Translations under genes and position numbers: made by a program
Notes under the pieces: model-generated
Database searches by the model: none
The model's input: only the letters and a program-made list of their open reading frames with translations
Told to the model about the DNA's origin: nothing
Shown: positions 1 to 11,543 of the stretch, piece by piece
Position numbering within the stretch: position 1 is the stretch's first letter
How the letters are laid out: each line of letters starts with the position of its first letter
Source: Gammaproteobacteria bacterium
Lineage (GTDB): Bacteria; Pseudomonadota; Gammaproteobacteria; GCA-001735895
Length of the DNA: 64,000 nucleotides
Assembly (NCBI GenBank): GCA_022340305.1
Contig: JAJDOF010000108.1
Coordinates: 4,964 to 68,963, forward strand
Direction of reading: 5' to 3'

Positions 1-507
1 AACGAAGAGGTGAGCCGCCTGATACTGACGCGCCCCGCGGTCGAAGCCGGCGAGAAGCTCGGTTTCCTGCCCGGTGACCTGGCGCAAAAGGTCGATCCCT
101 ACCTGCGCCCGGTTTACGACGCGCTGTATGAAATGATTGGCTTCGATAAAGTGGAGAAAATGATCTCGCGCCATGTCATCGAGGTCGCGCCATTGGCCTA
201 TATGCGCGGGCGCACCCTGAATAACGCTTTCGTGATCCTTGACGAGGCGCAGAATACCACGCCGGCGCAGATGAAAATGTTCCTCACCCGCATCGGCTTC
301 GGCTCGCGCGCCGTGGTGACCGGCGACATCACGCAAACCGACCTGCCCGACCAGAAAACCTCCGGGCTGCGCCACAGCATCGAGATCCTGAAGCAGCTCG
401 AGCAAATCGGTTTCACTTATTTCACTTCGCAGGACGTGGTGCGCCATCCGTTGGTGCAATCCATAGTCGAAGCCTACGACAAGTTTGAGAATGGCGATCG
501 TCATTGA
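1..507 (+). CDS. phoH: PhoH-family ATPase (5' truncated by window edge)
   Basis: Motifs [33 protein letters not shown] and VTGD; the frame is open from base 1; it lies upstream of ybeY. Confidence 0.95.
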   Translation, partial: NEEVSRLILTRPAVEAGEKLGFLPGDLAQKVDPYLRPVYDALYEMIGFDKVEKMISRHVIEVAPLAYMRGRTLNNAFVILDEAQNTTPAQMKMFLTRIGFGSRAVVTGDITQTDLPDQKTSGLRHSIEILKQLEQIGFTYFTSQDVVRHPLVQSIVEAYDKFENGDRH

Positions 508-940
508 CCTGCAAAACGATGCTGGATGTGCAGATGTGCCTGCGCTGCCTGAATTTGAGCGCTGGGTGACGGCCGCCTTGCAGGCTAGCCATGCGCAGCT
601 CGAGCAGACCATCTGTGTGGTTGACGAGGCCCGGAGTCGTGACCTGAACCATCGTTTTCGTGCTAAGGATACTGCCACCAACGTGCTGGCGTTCCCGGCC
701 GATAACGATTTCCTCGACTACGACTGTCTCGGCGATCTGGTGATTTGTGCGCCACTGGTAGCCACCGAGGCACGACAACAGGGCAAACCGGTGGATGCGC
801 ACTGGGCCCACCTGGTCGTTCACGGGATGCTGCATTTGCAGGGCTTCGACCACCAGGCGGACGCGCAGGCGACCCGCATGGAGACGCTCGAGGTAGAAAT
901 TCTTGATACCCTGGGCTATACAAACCCGTATAATGCTTGA
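491..940 (+). CDS. ybeY: rRNA maturation endoribonuclease YbeY
   Basis: [15 protein letters not shown] metal-binding motif and TNVLAFP; ATG at 491 overlaps the end of phoH. Confidence 0.95.
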   Translation: MAIVIDLQNDAGCADVPALPEFERWVTAALQASHAQLEQTICVVDEARSRDLNHRFRAKDTATNVLAFPADNDFLDYDCLGDLVICAPLVATEARQQGKPVDAHWAHLVVHGMLHLQGFDHQADAQATRMETLEVEILDTLGYTNPYNA

Positions 941-966
941 CGCTAGGATTGCTGACGAGGGCGAAG

Positions 967-1824
967 ATGGCTGACGCTGACAACAGCGGGTCGACAAAGG
1001 GGTGGCTGGATCGTATCTACAGCGTTTTTACCGGCGAGCCCCAGGATCAGAAACAGTTGCTGGAACTGCTGAAAAACCTGCAAGCGGCGGAACTCTTCGG
1101 CGCTGATGAATTAACCATGATCGAAGGCGTGCTGCAGGTTGCCGACATGCAGGTGCGCGACATCATGATACCGCGCGGACAGATGGTGGTCCTCGATCAC
1201 GAAGACAGCTTCACGGAAATCATTGAGAAGATCACCGAATCGGGGCATTCGCGCTTCCCGGTTATCGATGACGACAAGGATGACGTGGTCGGTATTCTGC
1301 TGGCCAAGGACCTGTTATCGGTGTCCCACGAGCAAAGCCAGAATTTCGAAATCAACGAGTACATCCGTTCAGCATCGTTTATCCCGGAAAGCAAACGCCT
1401 GAACGTCCTGCTGAAGGAATTTCGTCTGAATCGCAGTCACATGGCGATGATCGTCGATGAATACGGTGGTGTTTCCGGGCTGATTACCATCGAGGACGTA
1501 CTCGAGCAAATCGTCGGCAAGATCGATGATGAACACGACGATGAAGACGATGAGGTCGATATCCAGCCGCATGGGGTAAATCGCTACAGCGTGCGCGCGC
1601 TGACGCCGTTGCCGAAATTCAACGATTACTTCAATACCGGGTTCGAGATCGAGGATGTCGAAACCATCGGCGGATACCTGCTGCGCCAGATCGGCTATCT
1701 GCCCGAGCGCGGTGAAACGATTACCCTGGATCACCTGACGTTCAAGGTTATGAGTGCCGATAGCCGCCAGGTCCACATGTATCAGGTCATCGATAACGGC
1801 GGGCTTACCGCTGGACACCACTAA
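967..1824 (+). CDS. corC: Mg/Co transport CBS-domain protein CorC (YbeX)
   Basis: VRDIMIPR, SGHSRFPV and VDEYGGVSGLITIEDVLEQIVG motifs; GAGG RBS before ATG 967. Confidence 0.93.
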   Translation: MADADNSGSTKGWLDRIYSVFTGEPQDQKQLLELLKNLQAAELFGADELTMIEGVLQVADMQVRDIMIPRGQMVVLDHEDSFTEIIEKITESGHSRFPVIDDDKDDVVGILLAKDLLSVSHEQSQNFEINEYIRSASFIPESKRLNVLLKEFRLNRSHMAMIVDEYGGVSGLITIEDVLEQIVGKIDDEHDDEDDEVDIQPHGVNRYSVRALTPLPKFNDYFNTGFEIEDVETIGGYLLRQIGYLPERGETITLDHLTFKVMSADSRQVHMYQVIDNGGLTAGHH

Positions 1825-3301
1825 ACTTTTGGACCGCCTTCGTCCGGTCCTGTCGCTGCTATTGGGCGCGCAGCTGGCGCTCGCATTTGCACCGTTTTTC
1901 CTGTGGCCACTGGCGATCCTGATCCCGGCCGTTTTGTTCTGGCTCAATCGCAACGAATCTTCCCTGCGCCGCTTGTTTGCCAGCGGCTGGTTGTTCGGTG
2001 TCGGTTATTTCGGCTGTGGCGTTTACTGGATATATAACAGCCTGCACGATTTCGGCATGGCGCCGCCGATAGTCGCCGGCGCTATCACCGCCTTGATGGT
2101 GGTCTACCTGGCGTTGGCGCCGGGCTCCATTCTGTTGTGCTGGCGGCTGGCGCAAAATTTCCTCGGCAGTGCTGCCATCTGGGTTTTGCCATTACTCTGG
2201 TTCGGTATCGAGTGGCTCAAGGGCTGGATCGGCACCGGCATGCCCTGGCTCAGCCTGGGGTATTCGCAAACGCCGTCGCCACTCGCGGGTTTTGCACCGC
2301 TCGTCGGTGTATACGGGATCGGCGCGCTGTGCATCCTGATGTCAGTGACGCTGGTAGTGCTGCTCGACAAAAGGCGTTATCCATGGGTCGCCCTGCTGTT
2401 GGCAGTACCCACAGCGGGGTATGCATTGCAACAGGTCGACTGGACCGAAGCCATGGCAGCGCCGCTGAAGGTCACCATGGTACAGGGTAATATCCCGCAG
2501 CAGCTGAAGTGGCGACGGGATCAACGCGACAACATATTCAATACTTACTGGCGCGAAACCAGCCAGCACTGGGACAGTGATCTGATCATCTGGCCCGAGA
2601 CGGCGTTGCCGGGTCATTCGCTGCAAATCAGTGACAGCCTGCTGCCGGCGCTGCAGGCGGCGGCGCGCGAGCACGATACCGTGATACTCAGTGGACTGGT
2701 GTACGGCGCCGCTGAAGGCGACAGGTTTCACAACAGTGTGATGCAGTTTGGCAAGCAGCGCGGGCTTTACCACAAGCGTCACCTGGTCATGTTCGGTGAG
2801 TACTACCCGATGCGCTGGTTGCTGGACTCCCTCAGGGGTTTGATCAGTATTCCCTATTCTGACCTTGCGGCAGGACCCGAACAACAGGAATTGATGCAGG
2901 TGGGGGATTATCGACTCGGGGTATCGATCTGTTTCGAGGACGTGTTCAGTCGCGATATTCTGCTGGCATTACCGCAGGCGAACCTGCTGGTCAATGTCAG
3001 CAACGATGCCTGGTTCGGTAATTCGACGGCGCCACATCAGCACATGCAGATCGCGCAGATGCGCAGCCTGGAAAGTGAGCGGGTGATGATGCGCGCTACC
3101 AACACCGGCATCACCGCCTTTATCGATCACAAGGGCCGGGTGCTGTCGGTTAGCGATCAGTTTACCACGCAGTCGATAAGCGAGGTGGTGCAGGGGCGCA
3201 GCGGCGCCACGCCGTTTTACTATTTCGCCAGGATCCAGTGGCTCATTGCACTGCTACCGTTGGCCGTGTTGTTGCTCGGGGTCAGGCGCAGGACAGATTA
3301 A
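1754..3301 (+). CDS. lnt: Apolipoprotein N-acyltransferase (true start uncertain, probably near 1811)
   Basis: N-terminal TM helices; QGNIPQ, WPETA, YHKRHLVMFGEY, ICFED and VSNDAWFG motifs; conserved context after corC. Confidence 0.95.
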   Translation: MPIAARSTCIRSSITAGLPLDTTKLLDRLRPVLSLLLGAQLALAFAPFFLWPLAILIPAVLFWLNRNESSLRRLFASGWLFGVGYFGCGVYWIYNSLHDFGMAPPIVAGAITALMVVYLALAPGSILLCWRLAQNFLGSAAIWVLPLLWFGIEWLKGWIGTGMPWLSLGYSQTPSPLAGFAPLVGVYGIGALCILMSVTLVVLLDKRRYPWVALLLAVPTAGYALQQVDWTEAMAAPLKVTMVQGNIPQQLKWRRDQRDNIFNTYWRETSQHWDSDLIIWPETALPGHSLQISDSLLPALQAAAREHDTVILSGLVYGAAEGDRFHNSVMQFGKQRGLYHKRHLVMFGEYYPMRWLLDSLRGLISIPYSDLAAGPEQQELMQVGDYRLGVSICFEDVFSRDILLALPQANLLVNVSNDAWFGNSTAPHQHMQIAQMRSLESERVMMRATNTGITAFIDHKGRVLSVSDQFTTQSISEVVQGRSGATPFYYFARIQWLIALLPLAVLLLGVRRRTD

Positions 3302-3330
3302 AACGTTCCAGTTCCTCGACCAGATCACTG

Positions 3331-5957
<2,627 letters not shown>

Positions 5958-5961
5958 TTCG

Positions 5962-6483
5962 ATGTTTCGATTCGATACCCGTAACCTTCGCTACCGCAGC
6001 CTGCGAACCTGTCTGCTGGTGTTGCTGGCCAGCTGTTGCCTGTCAGCCTGTGGGTTCAGGCTGGCGGGAACCGCTGAGCTGCCGCCACAGTTGGCATCGA
6101 TATACCTGGTGACCAGCGATTTCAGCGATCCCCAGCGCAACCAGTTGCGCCGCAGTCTGCGCAATGCCGGCGCCAGCCTGGTCGAGCAGCCGGGTTCGAA
6201 AACGGTGCAGCTAAACGTTAGCCTCAAGGCCTCGCCGGACCGGGAAATGGCCAGCAGCGCGAGTACCGGGGCGATCGTCAAGCGCATCAGTCGTAGCCTG
6301 AGTTTCAACGTCAAGGCAGCCGATGGTAAAGTTCTGCTGGAAGCGCGTACCCTGCGTCAGCAAAAAGATGTTTCCCTCGACGATGACAACCTGCTTGCCT
6401 CGGACCGGGAGAAGGAGACGGTAGCCCGGAACCTGGAACAGGCCCTGTTCGATCAACTTATTCGTCAGTTAACGCTGATTTAA
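5962..6483 (+). CDS. lptE: LPS assembly lipoprotein LptE
   Basis: Lipobox LSAC followed by GFRLAG; immediately after leuS. Confidence 0.88.
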   Translation: MFRFDTRNLRYRSLRTCLLVLLASCCLSACGFRLAGTAELPPQLASIYLVTSDFSDPQRNQLRRSLRNAGASLVEQPGSKTVQLNVSLKASPDREMASSASTGAIVKRISRSLSFNVKAADGKVLLEARTLRQQKDVSLDDDNLLASDREKETVARNLEQALFDQLIRQLTLI

Positions 6484-6495
6484 TGACTAGTTAAA

Positions 6496-6524
6496 TTTAC
6501 CCGTTGGCAACAAGTGTTTATAAT
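6496..6524 (+). promoter_or_regulatory. Sigma70-type promoter of the Sel1-vWA-ABC operon
   Basis: TTTACC (6496-6501), 17-bp spacer, then TATAAT (6519-6524). Confidence 0.65.
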
Positions 6525-6628
6525 TCGTCCATCCCGGACATGGTCGGCACGATGTCGGCGGCAATGTTGACATGAAACTGTTGACGTTGAATGAGGGAAT
6601 CGAATCAGCGAGATCATCGAAAACAAAA

Positions 6629-7237
6629 ATGTCAGAACCGAATGAAGCGACACCATCGCCACGCCGTAATCCGTTAATCTGGATCGTGGTGATCGTCGTC
6701 GGCGTGATCCTGGCTATTTTTTTGAGTGGCGAGCGTGGCGAGGTACCGATCGCCGTGCCGAAAGCCAGTCCGGCGGTTGTTACCCTGAGCACGGATGAGG
6801 CAGCGTCGGATATTGTAGTCGGTACGATCGAACGCAGCCTGCTGGTACCGCCTGGTATGCGCGCGCGCCAGTATATCGAGCAGATGCGCGCCGCCGGTAA
6901 GCCCTATCCATTGTCACAGGCCTTTGAAAAAGCACAGCAATTCCGCACTGAAGGCAGCCTCGCGGACGCTCATTTATTGTTTTTCTTTGCTGCCCGTGAA
7001 AATCATTTGCCGGCGATCATGATGATGGGCGAAATGTCTGACCCGATACGGTTTCGTGCGCAGGATTCATTGCTTGATCAGGCCGATGCCATCCAGGCCT
7101 ACAAGTGGTATAACAAGGCCGCCCAACTGGGGCAGCCGAGCGCTACCGAACGACTCGACGAACTCGGCCGCTGGGCGAGTGAAGCTGCTGCCACGGGCAA
7201 TTCCGAAGCCCGGCAACTGCTACTTAACATTCAATAG
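6629..7237 (+). CDS. Membrane-anchored Sel1-like repeat protein
   Basis: Hydrophobic anchor LIWIVVIVVGVILAIFL and C-terminal Sel1 motif DAIQAYKWYNKAAQLGQPSA; alternative start at 6572. Confidence 0.7.
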   Translation: MSEPNEATPSPRRNPLIWIVVIVVGVILAIFLSGERGEVPIAVPKASPAVVTLSTDEAASDIVVGTIERSLLVPPGMRARQYIEQMRAAGKPYPLSQAFEKAQQFRTEGSLADAHLLFFFAARENHLPAIMMMGEMSDPIRFRAQDSLLDQADAIQAYKWYNKAAQLGQPSATERLDELGRWASEAAATGNSEARQLLLNIQ

Positions 7238-7245
7238 GTGACACG

Positions 7246-9243
7246 ATGCAGAGCAACACCAGCCGCGACCATTTCAGCCGCAATAATTCCAGGCGAATAA
7301 GCTCCAGCCTGCTGCTGATGTGTTTGCTGCTGGTGCAGACGACGAGCCTTTATGCCACCGCCAGGCCGCTACTGATGGAAGGCAAGAAGACACTGTATCA
7401 ACGCGTCCTCAGTATCCCCGATGCGCGCCTTTATGAAATCCCGGTTGGCTCGGCTACCTCCAGCGAAATCGTTCCGTTCAGTGTGCTCTACGTATACGAG
7501 AAAAGCACTGACTGGATCAAGGTAGGCTATGACAGTTTCGGCAATACAGCGGGATGGGTCGCCAGCGATAAGGCCATCGTCTGGAACCAGGCGTTGACCG
7601 TCTCCTTCAAGGATCCGCAGGATATTCAGCGGGTTATGATGTTCGCCGAAAAGGATAAATTGCAGCAGCTGGTCGATGACTACGACACCGAGGGTTACCA
7701 GGCGCTTTACGATGCTATCGTCAACAATGAGATCCCGGACGACTCGCCGGTCATCGCGATTCAACCCGAGGCGCATCTCGATATCGGTGAAAGTTTTTAC
7801 CTGGTGCCGATCAAGCAACACGAGGATGTGTTCCTCGGCAACGAACAGGCGCGCCTGCTCCAGATCGCCAGCGTGCCGCTCGACGATAGCTCATCTGAAT
7901 CCAGCCCTGTCACCATGGCGGCAAGCAAACGCAGCTATCGCAGCGGTATCCATTTTGTGATCGATTCAACCCAGTCGATGGAGCCCTATATCGCTCGCAC
8001 CCGCGAAGCGGTCGCCCGGGTTTACTCGGCCATCGAAAAGCAGGGCCTGACTAACCAGGTCAGCTTTGGTCTGACCGCCTATCGCGATAACACGGCCGAG
8101 ATACCGGAACTCGAGTACCTGACGCGTCATTACGTTAGCCTGCAGCAGGGCACCAACGTCGACCAGTTCTTCGAGCGGGTGAATTCGTTGAGTGCGGCGC
8201 AGGTTTCAAGCAGGGACTTCCGCGAGGATGCCTATGCGGGTATCAAGTCGGCTATCGAGGATACCGACTGGACCGATTTCGACGCACGTTACGTGGTGCT
8301 GATTACCGATGCCGGGCCGCGCGACAGTCATGATTCGCTGGGTGCGACCCGGCTTGGTGCCCAGGCATTGCGGCAGTTGGCATTTGATAAGGGCGTTTCG
8401 ATCTGGGTGTTGCATTTGCGCACCCCGGAGGGCTCGGCAGATCACGAATCTGCCGAATCACTCTACAAGCAGTTGTCCTTCTTTCCCGGCATCGGAGATT
8501 TTTACTACGGAGTCAATCTCGGCGAAGTGGACGAGTTCGGTAACGTACTGGAGACGCTGGCCAGGCAGATTACCCAGCAGGTAATGGCGACTACCAATGG
8601 CCTGCCGCCGATACCGCTGCCACAACAGCCAGTTGCAGTTGCAGTTGCAGAGACGCCACTCGAACAACTCCAGGGTCGGGTCGACAAGCTGGGCAATGCG
8701 CTGCGCATGCGTTACCTGCAAAAGAAATCCGGGCAACCCCCTCCGGCAGTATTTGACGCCTGGATGGTGGACCGTGACTTCAGGAATCCCGAGCGTTCGG
8801 CGGTCGATGTACGGGTGCTGCTGACGCGCGACCAGCTCAGCGATCTCAAGCAGGTTATGCAACAGGTTCTCGAACTCGCAGAGGAGGGTGTTCTCAGCCC
8901 GCAAAGCTTCATCGACGACCTGAAAAGCCTGGCGGCCACGGTAAGCCGTGATCCATCGGCGGTAGGTAGCAGCACCTCGGAAGCGGGGACTAACCTTGCC
9001 GACATGGGATACATGCGTGAATACATCGAAGATTTGCCCTATACCGGTGAGGTCATGGGACTGACCCTCGAAACCTGGGAAGAGTGGTCGGCCAAGGTGC
9101 AGATCGAGTTCATGCACCGGCTCGAAAGCAAGATAAATTATTACCAGGCTTTGCACGATCACACCGATCTGTGGGTGACTCCGGGAGGCGGTTCGGTTAA
9201 CGGTAATTCGGTATTCCCCGTTGCCCTCGAACTGCTGCCCTGA
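7246..9243 (+). CDS. Secreted vWA-domain protein resembling the periplasmic region of T6SS kinase PpkA (no kinase domain)
   Basis: Signal-peptide-like N-terminus, PLLMEGKKTLYQRVL, MIDAS-like FVIDSTQSM, GLTAYRD and VLITDAG. Confidence 0.75.
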   Translation: MQSNTSRDHFSRNNSRRISSSLLLMCLLLVQTTSLYATARPLLMEGKKTLYQRVLSIPDARLYEIPVGSATSSEIVPFSVLYVYEKSTDWIKVGYDSFGNTAGWVASDKAIVWNQALTVSFKDPQDIQRVMMFAEKDKLQQLVDDYDTEGYQALYDAIVNNEIPDDSPVIAIQPEAHLDIGESFYLVPIKQHEDVFLGNEQARLLQIASVPLDDSSSESSPVTMAASKRSYRSGIHFVIDSTQSMEPYIARTREAVARVYSAIEKQGLTNQVSFGLTAYRDNTAEIPELEYLTRHYVSLQQGTNVDQFFERVNSLSAAQVSSRDFREDAYAGIKSAIEDTDWTDFDARYVVLITDAGPRDSHDSLGATRLGAQALRQLAFDKGVSIWVLHLRTPEGSADHESAESLYKQLSFFPGIGDFYYGVNLGEVDEFGNVLETLARQITQQVMATTNGLPPIPLPQQPVAVAVAETPLEQLQGRVDKLGNALRMRYLQKKSGQPPPAVFDAWMVDRDFRNPERSAVDVRVLLTRDQLSDLKQVMQQVLELAEEGVLSPQSFIDDLKSLAATVSRDPSAVGSSTSEAGTNLADMGYMREYIEDLPYTGEVMGLTLETWEEWSAKVQIEFMHRLESKINYYQALHDHTDLWVTPGGGSVNGNSVFPVALELLP

Positions 9244-9248
9244 CGTCC

Positions 9249-9974
9249 GTGACGGTCGTCTACTCGCTGAAGAACGTCAGCAAGGAACGCCTCATTGACG
9301 GTGTCGGTTTCCGTCTGTTGGTGCCCAACATTCAAATCCACGCCGAGGAAAATATTGCACTGATCGGGCACAGTGGCTGTGGCAAGAGTACGCTGCTGGA
9401 CATGCTTGCGCTGATACTGCGCCCCGATAAATCGGATAGTATGAATCTGCATCCGGTGCATGGGGATAGCCACGATGTCGCGCGGCTTTGGCAGGGCGAT
9501 CGCTACAGTCAGTTATCGCAGATTCGCAAGCAGCACATCGGTTACGTATTGCAATCCGGTGGCCTGTTGCCTTACCTCACGGTGCGCGAAAACATCGAGC
9601 TTCCGCGTCGACTGCTGGATCTGCCCGATGACGATTCGATCGACTCGATCTCCAAGGTGCTCGGAATCAGTCGTCAACTCGACAAGCTGCCGGGGCTATT
9701 GTCGGCTGGCGAACGCCAGCGCGCGGCCTTTGCGCGCGCGCTTTCGCACCGGCCGTCGATTTTGATTGCCGATGAGCCGACCGCGGCGCTTGACCCGATT
9801 ACCGCGCACAAGATTATGGCGGTGGTAATGGAGGTTATTCGTGGACTCAAAATCACTTTGATTACCGCTAGCCATGACTGGGCCCACGTCTACAAGATGG
9901 AGCTGCGTACCCTGAAGCAGGAAGCGAAAGCGCTCGAAGGCGGCAAGATCTACCAGTCCAGCTTCAGCGATTGA
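9249..9974 (+). CDS. ABC ATPase of LolD/MacB type (TagT-like)
   Basis: Walker A GHSGCGKS, signature LSAGERQR, Walker B ILIADEPT and switch SHD. Confidence 0.88.
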   Translation: MTVVYSLKNVSKERLIDGVGFRLLVPNIQIHAEENIALIGHSGCGKSTLLDMLALILRPDKSDSMNLHPVHGDSHDVARLWQGDRYSQLSQIRKQHIGYVLQSGGLLPYLTVRENIELPRRLLDLPDDDSIDSISKVLGISRQLDKLPGLLSAGERQRAAFARALSHRPSILIADEPTAALDPITAHKIMAVVMEVIRGLKITLITASHDWAHVYKMELRTLKQEAKALEGGKIYQSSFSD

Positions 9975-9984
9975 TGTCTCGATA

Positions 9985-11196
9985 ATGTCCCAGTTCAACA
10001 ATATCGTTCGCCTGAGTTTTCGTGATTACAGCCACGAGTGGCGCATGTCGGGTTGTTTTATCCTGGCACTGGCATCGGTGCTGGCGCCAATGATGATACT
10101 GTTCGGGCTGAAATTCGGGATCGTAACCACGATGGTCAGCGGGTTGATTGAAAATCCGGCAAATCGCGAGATCAGCCCGATCGGCAGCGGGCGCTATGAT
10201 GACACCTGGATTGACGCGCTGCGCGACCGTCGCGATGTGGCATTCATCATTCCAAGAACCCGTGCGCTGGCCGCGACCATCCAGCTCAAGAGTTCGACGG
10301 CTAAGCGTATCCTGTCTACCGAATTACTCGCTACCGCGCCAGGGGATCCATTACTTGCCGGGGTTAGCCGCTTGCCGAAGAATTATTTCGAAGTCATTCT
10401 CAGTCACAGCGCCGCCGATAAACTCAATGCCAAGGTCGGTGATGAAATCGATGCCAGCCTGGCGCGCCAGTTCAAAGGTAAACGCGAGCGCGTACATTTG
10501 CCCCTGGAAGTCATCGGCGTCACCGGCGCCCAGGTCATTTCGCGCAGCGTCGCATTTGTGAATCTCAAATTACTGCTTGCCAGTGAGCAGTTCAAGGACG
10601 GGCGTATGGTGGTAGACCTGGGATGGCGGGGTAATATCGGCACCCCGGATGGGCGGGTATATCCTTCGTTTCGGCTCTACGCGAAGTCCATTTACGATGT
10701 TGCCGGGCTTGTTAGCGTGCTTGAAGAACAAGGTAGCAACGTGAAGGCAAACGTCGCCGAAATTTCGACGGTGCAGTCGATCGACGATAATCTCACCGTC
10801 ATTTTCTGGATTATCGCTTTTGTCGGCGCCACAGGCTTTGCCTTTTCGCTGGGGGCAAGCCTTTGGGCCAACGTAGATCGCAAACGCAAGGAATTGAGCG
10901 TATTGCGCCTGGTAGGTTTCAAGAGCGCACGCATCGTCTTGTTCCCGGTACTGCAGTCCTGTTATACAGCGGTTCTCGGCTGGTTACTCGCGGTGCTGGT
11001 TTACCTCGCTTTCGAATATCTGCTCAACACCTTCCTGGCACCGCGCCTCAATCTCGACCGTACCTTGTGCTTTTTACTGATCGAGCACTTTCTGTGGGCG
11101 CTGGCGTTGACTTTCGTGATTGCGATTTCGGCCGCAATTCTCGGCGGCTTACGAGCCGCCGGAATTGAACCATCCGACGGCCTGCGGGATATTTAA
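9985..11196 (+). CDS. FtsX/MacB-type ABC permease (TagS-like)
   Basis: N-terminal TM helix, large periplasmic loop, C-terminal three TMs with VDRKRKELSVLRLVG and IEPSDGLRD. Confidence 0.8.
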   Translation: MSQFNNIVRLSFRDYSHEWRMSGCFILALASVLAPMMILFGLKFGIVTTMVSGLIENPANREISPIGSGRYDDTWIDALRDRRDVAFIIPRTRALAATIQLKSSTAKRILSTELLATAPGDPLLAGVSRLPKNYFEVILSHSAADKLNAKVGDEIDASLARQFKGKRERVHLPLEVIGVTGAQVISRSVAFVNLKLLLASEQFKDGRMVVDLGWRGNIGTPDGRVYPSFRLYAKSIYDVAGLVSVLEEQGSNVKANVAEISTVQSIDDNLTVIFWIIAFVGATGFAFSLGASLWANVDRKRKELSVLRLVGFKSARIVLFPVLQSCYTAVLGWLLAVLVYLAFEYLLNTFLAPRLNLDRTLCFLLIEHFLWALALTFVIAISAAILGGLRAAGIEPSDGLRDI

Positions 11197-11200
11197 CCAC

Positions 11201-11218
11201 TGTAAGTCTTTTCCTACA
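11201..11218 (+). promoter_or_regulatory. GacA/UvrY-type binding box
   Basis: TGTAAG-TCTTTT-CCTACA has one mismatch to the consensus TGTAAG-N6-CTTACA; a second CCTACA half-site lies at 11235-11240. Confidence 0.65.
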
Positions 11219-11295
11219 AAGAATAGTGCTGCAGCCTACATTAAAAAAAGCCTTGCCGAGTAGGGGAGGCCCGCTGCTACGCATACCATAGAAAT

Positions 11296-11437
11296 CGTGT
11301 GCGGATGGATTCGCAACACGGAGATGTAACCTGGACTCATTCCAGCGCATCGCAGGCAGGATGCCTTGCAGCAAGCTGTGAATGATCAAGCAGGTAATCT
11401 TCGGGTCCTCTTACCTTCGGGTTTGAGGACCCTTTTT
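11296..11437 (+). ncRNA. Putative CsrA/RsmA-sequestering sRNA (RsmY/RsmZ/CsrB-like); 5' end approximate
   Basis: Five GGA motifs in 60 nt, some in hairpin loops (ATGGA, ACGGA, CAGGA); -10-like TACCAT at 11284-11289; upstream GacA-like box; strong intrinsic terminator. Confidence 0.65.
11403..11437 (+). terminator. Rho-independent terminator
   Basis: GGGTCCTC-TTACCTTCGGGTTT-GAGGACCC followed by TTTTT. Confidence 0.85.
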
Positions 11438-11543
11438 ATTGGCAGCGTTTTATGGCATTTACGCTCGCCAGCCAAAAGGCTGCATTGCCAATAATGACGC
11501 GCTGTAATCGCTTGTCGTCAAGACTGTGGTAGCATTGCCGCCC

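Noticed and set aside
8630-8650. (CAGTTG)3 tandem repeat in the vWA gene
   Set aside because: An in-frame 6-bp repeat encoding VAVAVA in a proline-rich linker; too short for phase variation and not frameshifting.
11048-11389. 113-aa minus-strand ORF across the sRNA candidate
   Set aside because: It overlaps the permease, uses a weak start and has no protein-like features; the region is better explained as an sRNA.
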